Below, one piece after another: positions 25,395 to 32,362 of a stretch of DNA of 32,362 nucleotides. Within the stretch, counting starts at the first letter, position 1. Each line of letters opens with the position of its first letter. This DNA is from Candidatus Elarobacter sp. Lineage in GTDB: Bacteria; Vulcanimicrobiota; Vulcanimicrobiia; Vulcanimicrobiales; Vulcanimicrobiaceae. Made by a program: the position numbers and the translations under genes. Under the pieces are notes generated by a model. It was not told where the DNA came from. It did no database searches and saw nothing but the letters and a program-made list of their open reading frames with translations. The stretch is from NCBI GenBank assembly GCA_035488195.1, contig DATHLL010000226.1:1-32362 (forward strand), given 5' to 3'.

Positions 25395-26819
25395 CTACGC
25401 GGCCTTGTGGAAGAGAACTTCGGCGGCGGTCTTCAGGACGATCGCGACGTCCATGAACAGCGACCAGTTCTCGACGTAGAAGAGATCGCCGCGCAGCTTG
25501 TCGGGGACGTCGTCGAAGCCCAGGACGCGCTTGCCGTAGACCTGCGACCAGCCGGTGATCCCCGGCGCGACGAGATGGCGCTCCGCGTAGCGCGGATACT
25601 TCTGCTCGAACTGCTCGACGAAGACCGGGCGCTCGGGGCGCGGGCCGACGATCGACATGTCGCCGCGCAGCACGTTGATCAGCTGCGGCAGCTCGTCGAG
25701 CGAGGTGCGGCGGATGAACTTCCCGACCTTGGTGACGCGCGCGTCGCCGGCGGTCGCGAGCTTCGCGCCGTCCTTCTCGGCGTCGAGGCGCATCGAGCGG
25801 AACTTCAGGATGTGGAACGTCTTGCCGTCGCGGCCGACCCGCTCTTGGCGGTACATCACCGGCTCGCCGTCCTCGAACGAGATCGCCGCGGCGACGATCG
25901 CCATCACCGGCGCGAACACGACCAGCGCGAGCGCCGAGACGGTCAGGTCGAAGAGGCGCTTCCCGAGCCGCGCGCCGGGCTGCGTCGCCTTGAGCGGCCG
26001 CGCGACGATCAGCGCCTGCTTCCCGATCGACTCCATGTGAAGGTCGTATGCGTGGACGCGGATCCGCGGCGGCGCGAAGGCGATCGTCATCCCGATCCGC
26101 TGCGCGGCGGCGAGCACCTGCGGCATCATCGAAGGCGCGAGGATCTCGGTGAAGACGAGCGTGTCGCAGCCCCACGCGGCGGCGTGCTGGAACCACGGCT
26201 GCGCGGCGACGGCGTCGGGGCTCAGCGCGCCGATCCCGTCGATGTTCGGGACGGCGAGGCGGAAGACGCGGGCGTTGGGGAGCGCGCGCATCGCGTCCTC
26301 GGCGTACTCGAGGCGCGAGGGATGTCCGACGACCGCGATGCGGCGCGGGCGCGCCATGATGACGGCGTCGCGGACCCGGTGCGCGATCGCCCGCGAGATG
26401 CCGACCATCGCGATCGCGAAGAGGAGCGCGAAGATCGCGACGACGCGCGAGGTCGAGATCATCGGGAAGATCGAGAAGACGATCAGGACCGGCGCGGAGG
26501 CGAGCGCGAGCGCGGCGGCGGCGTGGTAGAACTCGTCGCGGACCGACATCGCGAACGAGCGGCGGTAGAGGCCGAGCTGCCAGAACACGACCACCGTCAG
26601 CACGGCGGTCAGCGTCGCCGGAACCGCGACGTGGCGGACGGCGAGCTTCGAGGCCCAGAAGCTCTGGACGAACCGGCCGGCGAGGTACGTCGCGGCCAGG
26701 AACAGCACGACGTCCATGACGACGAGCGCCGCCACCCAGGCACGAGAGAACGAATGCACGCCGGGACGTGCATCTTCGTGAGGGAGAGCTGCGAATTCGT
26801 GTTCGAGTGCCACGGCCAT
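25395..26819 (-). CDS. Priming polyprenyl-phosphate hexose-1-phosphate transferase (WcaJ/WbaP family)
   Basis: N-terminal TMs plus a Bac_transf domain: 'KRLFD', 'KFRSM', 'RRTSLDELPQLINVLRGDMSIVGPRPE' and 'PGITGWSQV'. ATG 26819 (AAGGA upstream) is preferred to GTG 26879. Confidence 0.95.
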   Translation of the reverse strand: MAVALEHEFAALPHEDARPGVHSFSRAWVAALVVMDVVLFLAATYLAGRFVQSFWASKLAVRHVAVPATLTAVLTVVVFWQLGLYRRSFAMSVRDEFYHAAAALALASAPVLIVFSIFPMISTSRVVAIFALLFAIAMVGISRAIAHRVRDAVIMARPRRIAVVGHPSRLEYAEDAMRALPNARVFRLAVPNIDGIGALSPDAVAAQPWFQHAAAWGCDTLVFTEILAPSMMPQVLAAAQRIGMTIAFAPPRIRVHAYDLHMESIGKQALIVARPLKATQPGARLGKRLFDLTVSALALVVFAPVMAIVAAAISFEDGEPVMYRQERVGRDGKTFHILKFRSMRLDAEKDGAKLATAGDARVTKVGKFIRRTSLDELPQLINVLRGDMSIVGPRPERPVFVEQFEQKYPRYAERHLVAPGITGWSQVYGKRVLGFDDVPDKLRGDLFYVENWSLFMDVAIVLKTAAEVLFHKAA

Positions 26820-27028
26820 TGTCGGTGCGATCCTTGCGTGTGACGATCGCGCATCGTTGCGCACATCACATTTCGCCACCGGGCATTGGGCCTAAGTGAA
26901 GCCTTGGTCCTCACCTCTTGGGTTCATAGGCCCTCAAATTGGGACAGGACGAGGCCTACGGCCCAAGTCGAACGTCCTGTGCTCATCCCTCCGAATTGAG
27001 GGGTGCGGACGCGCGTGCGTCCGCCGCG

Positions 27029-27778
27029 TCAGCGCGGAGCGGCGAGCTGCATCACGGCGATCCAGGCGTAGGGCTGGATCGCGGGGACGCTGAGCAGCGC
27101 GCGGTCGAGCGCGGAGAGCGCGCCCAGGACCGGCTTGAAGAGCGGGGTCTTCGCGAAGGCGACGGCGCCGAGCGCGGCCAGATGGTAGTAGCGGATCCGC
27201 ACCTGGCCGAAGCGGCGGCGCGCGTCGGCGAGGTCGGCGCGCAGCAGCGGGTGCTCGTCGGGGGTCCGCTGGCCGGGGGTGACCTTGCGGTAGAGGTTGA
27301 TCAGCGCGTTGTGGCCGAGCGGCTCGACGAAGACGGCGCGGCCGCCGGGCGCGAGCAGCCGCGCGATCTCGGCGTAGGTGCGGGCGAGGTCGAGGTGGTG
27401 GAGGATCCCGCTGCCGACGATCAGGTCGAACGAGGCGTCGGGGAAGGTCGTGTGCTCCGCGTCCATGACGAGGAACTCGGCCTCGAGCCCTTCGCGGGCG
27501 GCGTGCTCGCGGGCGATCTGCATCGCGACCGGCGAGATGTCGATCCCGGTGACGTGCGCGCCGCGGCGGGCGAGGTCGAAGGCGTGGCTCCCCGGTCCGC
27601 AGCCGTACTCCAGGACGCGCTTCCCCGCGCAGCCGTCGAAGATGAGATCGCGGTGGAGGCCGTACGACTCGTCGGCGATGCGGTAGAACACGCCGGTGCC
27701 GCCGCGCGGCTTGGCGTCGCCGAAGACCTTGTCGTGGAACTCTTGCTCGCGCGCCTTGCGGTCGCCGTCGGCGATCAT
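27029..27778 (-). CDS. Class I SAM-dependent methyltransferase
   Basis: 'VLEYGCGPG', 'VTGIDIS', 'SFDLIVGSGILHHL' and 'LLAPGG'. Confidence 0.93.
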   Translation of the reverse strand: MIADGDRKAREQEFHDKVFGDAKPRGGTGVFYRIADESYGLHRDLIFDGCAGKRVLEYGCGPGSHAFDLARRGAHVTGIDISPVAMQIAREHAAREGLEAEFLVMDAEHTTFPDASFDLIVGSGILHHLDLARTYAEIARLLAPGGRAVFVEPLGHNALINLYRKVTPGQRTPDEHPLLRADLADARRRFGQVRIRYYHLAALGAVAFAKTPLFKPVLGALSALDRALLSVPAIQPYAWIAVMQLAAPR

Positions 27779-27817
27779 CTCAGGTGCGGTATACCCGGGT
27801 GCGCGCCCGTCAACCGC

Positions 27818-27982
27818 CTAGTTGCTGAGGCCGTGAGCGACGAGCCAGCCGATCACGGTGCAGTCGACCATCGCCATGGCGATGAGCCCGAACATGAGCA
27901 TCTCGATCGAATTGAGCCGTTCCGTGCGCGGCTTGGCCTTGAATGACGCGCGGGGTGTCCGCGCGTGAAGTCCCGATTCCAT
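27818..27982 (-). CDS. Small (54 aa) single-pass membrane protein
   Basis: GAGGAG SD 6 nt before ATG 27982. Basic N-terminus followed by hydrophobic 'MLMFGLIAMAMVDCTVIGWLVA'. Confidence 0.55.
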   Translation of the reverse strand: MESGLHARTPRASFKAKPRTERLNSIEMLMFGLIAMAMVDCTVIGWLVAHGLSN

Positions 27983-28032
27983 GGGCGCTCCTCTCGCGAA
28001 GATTCGACTGCGGCGGCCGCCGGTAATCTTCT

Positions 28033-28060
28033 CTATCGGCACTCCGAGCCAGCGACGTTA
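28033..28060 (-). promoter_or_regulatory. Candidate sigma28-type promoter for the small membrane protein
   Basis: Minus strand reads TAAC-N16-GCCGATAG, about 50 nt upstream of ATG 27982. Confidence 0.45.
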
Positions 28061-28129
28061 ACCCGCCCGAGCAAGTGTGACGCCGAGCCGAACAAGGGGC
28101 CGGAACGGGCGAGCGCGGTATCGTGCCGC

Positions 28130-30199
28130 ATGGCGATTCGGTTCGGACTCGCGCTGGCGGCGTGCGGCATCATCGTGACGAGCGGCACGGCGGCTCGAGC
28201 GCAGCAGGCGTTGCCGTTCGACCAGATCAGCGCCGCGCTGAACGGGGTGCACCAGTTCTCGCAGGTCGCGATCGCGCCGGACGGGCGGCGGATCGCGTAC
28301 GTCGAGAGCGCCGGGGACCGGAATGCGATCCGGCTGGCGGACCTAGGGGGTGGCGCAGCGGGGCAGGGCGCGGCCGTTGCGCGGCTTGGTGCGGCCAGAA
28401 CGATCAGCGCGTGCCCCGGGCGGGCGTGCGACGAGACGGAGGTCACGTGGTCGCCGGACGGGCGGCGGGTGGCGTTCGTGACGGCCGGCGCGAACGGGCA
28501 GCCGCAGATAGCGGTCGCGGACGTCGCGGGGAGCGGTGCCGTCGCGGCGCGGGTGGTGACGGCGGCGAAGGGGCCGCTGTCGACGCCGCGGTGGTCGCCG
28601 GACGGGACGCGGATCGCGTTCCTGTACTCGCCGGGCGCGCCGAAGGTGCCGAGCCCGCTCAACCCGTCGACGCCCGACGCCGGCGTGGTCGGGTCGAAGA
28701 TCTACGAGCAGCGGCTCGCGGTGATCTCCGTGCCGGCGAGTTCGTCTGCGACTTCCGGGTCGTCGGGCGCGCGGGCGATCAAGCTGCTCGGGCCGGCGGA
28801 TCTGAACGTGTACGAGTTCGACTGGTCGCCGGACGGGACGCGGTTCGCCGCGACGGCCGCGCACGGGAACGGCGATGCGAACTGGTGGATCGCGCAGCTC
28901 TACGCGATCGACGCGGCGAGCGGCGCGGCGAAAGCGATCCACAAGCCGGAGCTGCAGATCGCCTCGCCGCGCTGGTCCGGCGACGGCAAGCGGATCGCGT
29001 ACATCGGCGGGATCATGAGCGACGAGGCGATCACCGGCGGCGACGTCTACATCGTCCCGGCGAGCGGCGGCGCGGCGACCGACGTGACGCCGGGACTGAA
29101 AGCGTCGGTGACGACGATCGCGTGGAACGGTTCGCCGGCGCGGATCCTCGCGACGGAGCTCGCCGCCGATCGCATGGTGATCGCGTCGGTCGACGTCGCC
29201 GCGAAGACGCAGCGGCAGCTCTGGAGCGGCCAGGAGACGATCTACGCGAAAGGCTTCGCGGGGCTCGCACCGGGCGACGAAGGCGTGTCGGTCTCGCGCG
29301 ACGGGAAGACCGCGGCGACGATCCGGCAGTCGATCATCGCGCCGCCGGAGATCGCCGTCGGCGCGCTCGGCGCGCTGCACGCGGTGACGTCGGCGAACGC
29401 GCGCGTGCGGCGGTTGACCGGTGCGGCGCGCAGCGTGACGTGGGCGAGCGAAGGCGCGAGCGTGCAGGGCTGGCTGATCTTCCCGCCCGGCGCGAAACCC
29501 GGCACGAAGTACCCGATCGTGACGTACATTCACGGCGGGCCGGCGTTCGCGCACTATCCGCTCTTTCCGAGCGGTCCGTTCGCGTTCGAGGCGGCGCTCG
29601 CGGCGCGCGGTTACATCGTCTTCGAGCCGAACCCGCGCGGCAGCTACGGCCAAGGCGAAGCGTTCACGCGCGCCAACGTGAAGGACTTCGGCTACGGCGA
29701 CCTGCGCGACGTCCTGCTCGGCCTCGACGAGGTCGGCCGCACGATCCCGGTCGATCCGAACAAAGTCGGACTCTTCGGCTGGAGCTACGGCGGCTACATG
29801 ACGATGTGGGCGCTCACGCAGACGAACCGCTTCAAGGCCGCGGTCTCGGGCGCGGGCCTCTCCGACTGGCTCAGCTACTACGGCACGAACGAGATCGACA
29901 CGTGGATGATCCCGTACTTCGGCGCGAGCATCTACGACGATCCGGCGGTCTACGCGAAGAGCTCACCGATCAACTACATCAAGCAGGTGAAGACGCCGAC
30001 GCTCATGGTCGCCGGCGACCGCGACGCCGAAGTCCCGGTGACGCAGTCCTACGAATACTGGCACGCCCTGCGCGACCATGGAGTTCCGACGCAGCTCGTG
30101 ATCTACCCCGGCGAGGGGCATCTGTTCTACAAGCCCGCCGACCAGCAGGACGTGTTCAGGCGCGTAACGGGCTGGTTCGACCGCTGGCTTTCCAAATAA
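28130..30199 (+). CDS. S9 family (prolyl oligopeptidase/acylaminoacyl peptidase) serine peptidase, exported
   Basis: Signal peptide from ATG 28130, PD40-like 'WSPDG' repeats, 'IHGGP', nucleophile 'GWSYGG', Asp 'GDRDAEV' and His 'YPGEGH'. Confidence 0.95.
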   Translation: MAIRFGLALAACGIIVTSGTAARAQQALPFDQISAALNGVHQFSQVAIAPDGRRIAYVESAGDRNAIRLADLGGGAAGQGAAVARLGAARTISACPGRACDETEVTWSPDGRRVAFVTAGANGQPQIAVADVAGSGAVAARVVTAAKGPLSTPRWSPDGTRIAFLYSPGAPKVPSPLNPSTPDAGVVGSKIYEQRLAVISVPASSSATSGSSGARAIKLLGPADLNVYEFDWSPDGTRFAATAAHGNGDANWWIAQLYAIDAASGAAKAIHKPELQIASPRWSGDGKRIAYIGGIMSDEAITGGDVYIVPASGGAATDVTPGLKASVTTIAWNGSPARILATELAADRMVIASVDVAAKTQRQLWSGQETIYAKGFAGLAPGDEGVSVSRDGKTAATIRQSIIAPPEIAVGALGALHAVTSANARVRRLTGAARSVTWASEGASVQGWLIFPPGAKPGTKYPIVTYIHGGPAFAHYPLFPSGPFAFEAALAARGYIVFEPNPRGSYGQGEAFTRANVKDFGYGDLRDVLLGLDEVGRTIPVDPNKVGLFGWSYGGYMTMWALTQTNRFKAAVSGAGLSDWLSYYGTNEIDTWMIPYFGASIYDDPAVYAKSSPINYIKQVKTPTLMVAGDRDAEVPVTQSYEYWHALRDHGVPTQLVIYPGEGHLFYKPADQQDVFRRVTGWFDRWLSK

Positions 30200-30240
30200 A
30201 TCGATGTCCGCCACGACGTCACCATGGCGCCCGGCCACGA

Positions 30241-30267
30241 TGTCACCCTGAGCTTGTCGAAGGGTGA
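30241..30267. repeat. Solo variant of the REP-like repeat (TGTCACCCTGAGCTTGTCGAAGGGTGA)
   Basis: Matches 2804-2829 at 23 of 26 positions and is again located between convergent ORFs. Confidence 0.75.
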
Positions 30268-30505
30268 GCCGGCGCGACGCCCGTCAGCCGCCGCGCGTGT
30301 CGTTCGGGCTCAGCACCGGGACTTCGCGCGCGCGCGCCGCGAGCAGCGTGAGCAGCTCCGCTTCCGGATACGCGCGGTTCGCGTCGATCCCCGGTGGTGC
30401 GGGAGCGAGCGGGATCAGCGTCGCCGCTTCGCCCTCCGCGCCGACCGGCTGCAGCCAGAGCGCGTGCACGTAAGGTGCGCCCGCCGGCGCCGGCGTGCGC
30501 CCCGA

Positions 30506-32362
30506 TCACGGCTCCCGCGACACCTTCGCGCTGAACGTGACGAAGAGTTCCGGCTGTCGGAGCGGTGCCGCCGGCAAAAGCAGTGCACCGCCGGAGACGG
30601 TCGGAAGCGGGACCGCGTAGCGCATCGAGGTGAACGCGTCGACGTAGCGGTGCAGCGCGTTGGTCGCGACGAACGTGACGCTCGAGGTCGGCGAAAGGAC
30701 GCGCGTGCCGCCCAGCGTCAGCAGCCAGTACGCCGGCAGACCGTTCGCGTTGTTGCGCGGCTTGAAGATCCCGTTCGCGATGAGCTCGGTCCGGCGGTCG
30801 CCGAACGCGTAGTCCGCGGTGAGCGAAGCATCGAACGGCTCGACGCCGGGCAACTGCCGGTTCACGATGTATGGCGAGTCCGGCGCGAGCAGCGCCTGCG
30901 ACCGCGAGCGCAACAACGCTTCGTGCAGCCGCGCCGCAGCTTGCAGCGTCATGCGCGGGGAGGGCTTCCAGCTGCCGGCAAGCTCCAGCCCGCGGTACTC
31001 CACGCGCAGCCCGGCGACGTCGCGAACGAGGTAGATCGACGGCGCCGCGGCGCCGCATCGACCGAACGTGGCGTACCCGTTCAGCAGCGCGGCCGCAAAA
31101 TTCGGCGGCAGCGCACCGGGCGGATATGCGCCGAGCGGCGTGTCGGCGTTCGAGACGGTCACGCCGCCGTCGACGGTGTCGAACGCCTGCGCCGACACGC
31201 TGCCGCGCGCCGATTCGAGGAAGCTGCCGAGGCGGAGATGGCGCTCGTGCACGGCGGTCGCGACGTCGTTCGGCGCCTTCGCGCGGATCGCGTTGCCGTT
31301 GCAGTCGTATTGCGCCGCCGCGGGATCGTCGAACGCCTGGAGCGCGCCCGCCGGGACGGCATGACCGCCGATGCCCAGCGTGCCGAAGATCCGCCGCCCG
31401 CGCGCTCCGAACGAGGCGTTGCCTTCCGCGTAGAGCGCGGTGCGCCCGGGTCCGCGCGATTCCGCGGTCAGCCCGATCGACTCTTGCGCCGACGGCGCGG
31501 GCCGCCGGACGTAGACGACTTCCATTCGCTGCGACGAGCGCTCGGATCGCTGGCTGGTCGCGAACGCGCTTCCGAAAGCGCTGCTCGCGGTGTCGAGGCC
31601 GACCGTCGCTCGCGAGGCCGCGACGTTGACGTTCAGCGTCTTGCCGTCTTGAATGAAGTCGATGAGCGAGGCGTCGAGGATGTCGAGCCGCAGCGTCTGG
31701 TCGCTCACGAACGGGAGCGGCTGCAGTGCGACGACGCGGTCGCGGTAGTCCGACGTTTGGCGCGTGCGGATCGTCGTCGCGTTGAACTTCGTCTGCCAGC
31801 GCCCGATCTCGCCTTCGAGCTGCAGCTTGCTCAGCGCCGACGACGAGCGGACGATGTTTCCGGGCCCCGCGCCGCTCGGGAGCGGGCCGTCGAAGAGGAC
31901 GTCGACGGGCAGCATCGTCGTTCCGCGCAGGAGCGTCTCCGCCGTCGCGGCGAAGCGCTCGCCGAGCGGGAAGCTCACTTTCGCGAGCACTCCGTCGGCA
32001 TGGAGCGCGCCGGAGTGCTTGTACGTGAGCCCGCTGGTGTCGAGATAGGTGGCGTTCGTGAGCGGGCTGCGCTGGGTTCGGACCGTGCCTTACAGCACGT
32101 ACCCGATCGAGCCGCTCGTCCCGCGCACACCGAGCTGAGTCGAGCCGGCGCCGAAGCCGCCGGCCGTCTCGCGCAGCGTGTACTCCGGATACGACGTGGG
32201 ACCGAGCGTATAGAAGTCGACCTCGGTCTTCGCGTCGTCGAGCTGCGCCGATTGGAGCAGATCGGCGTCGAGGGCGCGCAACGCGCCCGGCTCCGGGATC
32301 CGGGCGCCGTCGAACGTGTACTGCGTGAGCCTCGGATCGCGGCCCTCGAGCGAGACGCCGAG
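30506..32362 (-). pseudogene. TonB-dependent-receptor-like outer-membrane protein, 5' end outside window, interrupted by in-frame TAA at 32090-32092
   Basis: One frame runs from 32362 with plug-like 'VSLEGRDPRLTQYTFDGARI', then 'GSIGYVL*GTVRTQRSPLTNATYLDTSG', then barrel-like strands ('YRGLELAGSW', 'LPAYWLLTLG', 'VTFVATNALHRY'). ORFs 32090..32281 and 30506..31990 are in the same frame. Confidence 0.7.

Noticed and set aside
28340-28780. Atypical-codon, low-complexity inserts in the S9 peptidase ('GGGAAGQGAAVARLG', 'PASSSATSGSSG') as mobile or intein-like insertions
   Set aside because: Short, in-frame, with no terminal repeats or splicing motifs; most simply variable propeller loops.
60-31629. 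Numerous long Arg/Pro/Ala-rich alternative-frame and antisense ORFs (e.g. 60..1685, 7834..9780, 17465..19627, 21766..24246, 28123..30267)
   Set aside because: Expected in very high-GC DNA where stop codons are rare; no motifs, and each overlaps a well-supported gene.
1-32362. tRNA, rRNA, transposase, integrase or prophage genes
   Set aside because: No recognisable motifs or structures were seen; nearly all sequence is accounted for by the listed CDSs.

Overview
A very GC-rich bacterial window. The lipoprotein and outer-membrane protein styles suggest Vulcanimicrobiota/'Eremiobacterota' (inference from memory, not checked). About 25 kb (roughly 2.9-27.8 kb) is an exopolysaccharide/capsule locus. 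It has a WcaJ-like priming transferase, four GT4s, one GT2, a Wzy/WaaL-like membrane protein, Wza and Wzc, three tailoring enzymes (acyltransferase-3, CelD/BcsL-type GNAT, SAM methyltransferase) and an ABC-2 exporter, but no Wzx flippase or Wzb phosphatase. Embedded in it are several unexplained genes: two paralogous secreted hydrolase-like proteins (one apparently starting at CTG), a GINT1-like beta-propeller protein, a tandem Cys-motif protein, a Tat-exported DsrE-like protein, an antisense VanZ-like gene, and a secreted Pro-rich protein with a possible new C-terminal sorting tail. The left flank holds a kinase-less regulator triad (stand-alone receiver, NarL-type regulator, LuxR-type regulator) and REP-like palindromes. 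The right flank holds an S9 peptidase and a TonB-dependent-receptor-like gene broken by an in-frame TAA. Candidate sigma28 promoters, GGTA-type leaderless promoters and a recurring RAATTGRG motif were read by eye. No database searches were run, so all family calls rest on motif recognition.
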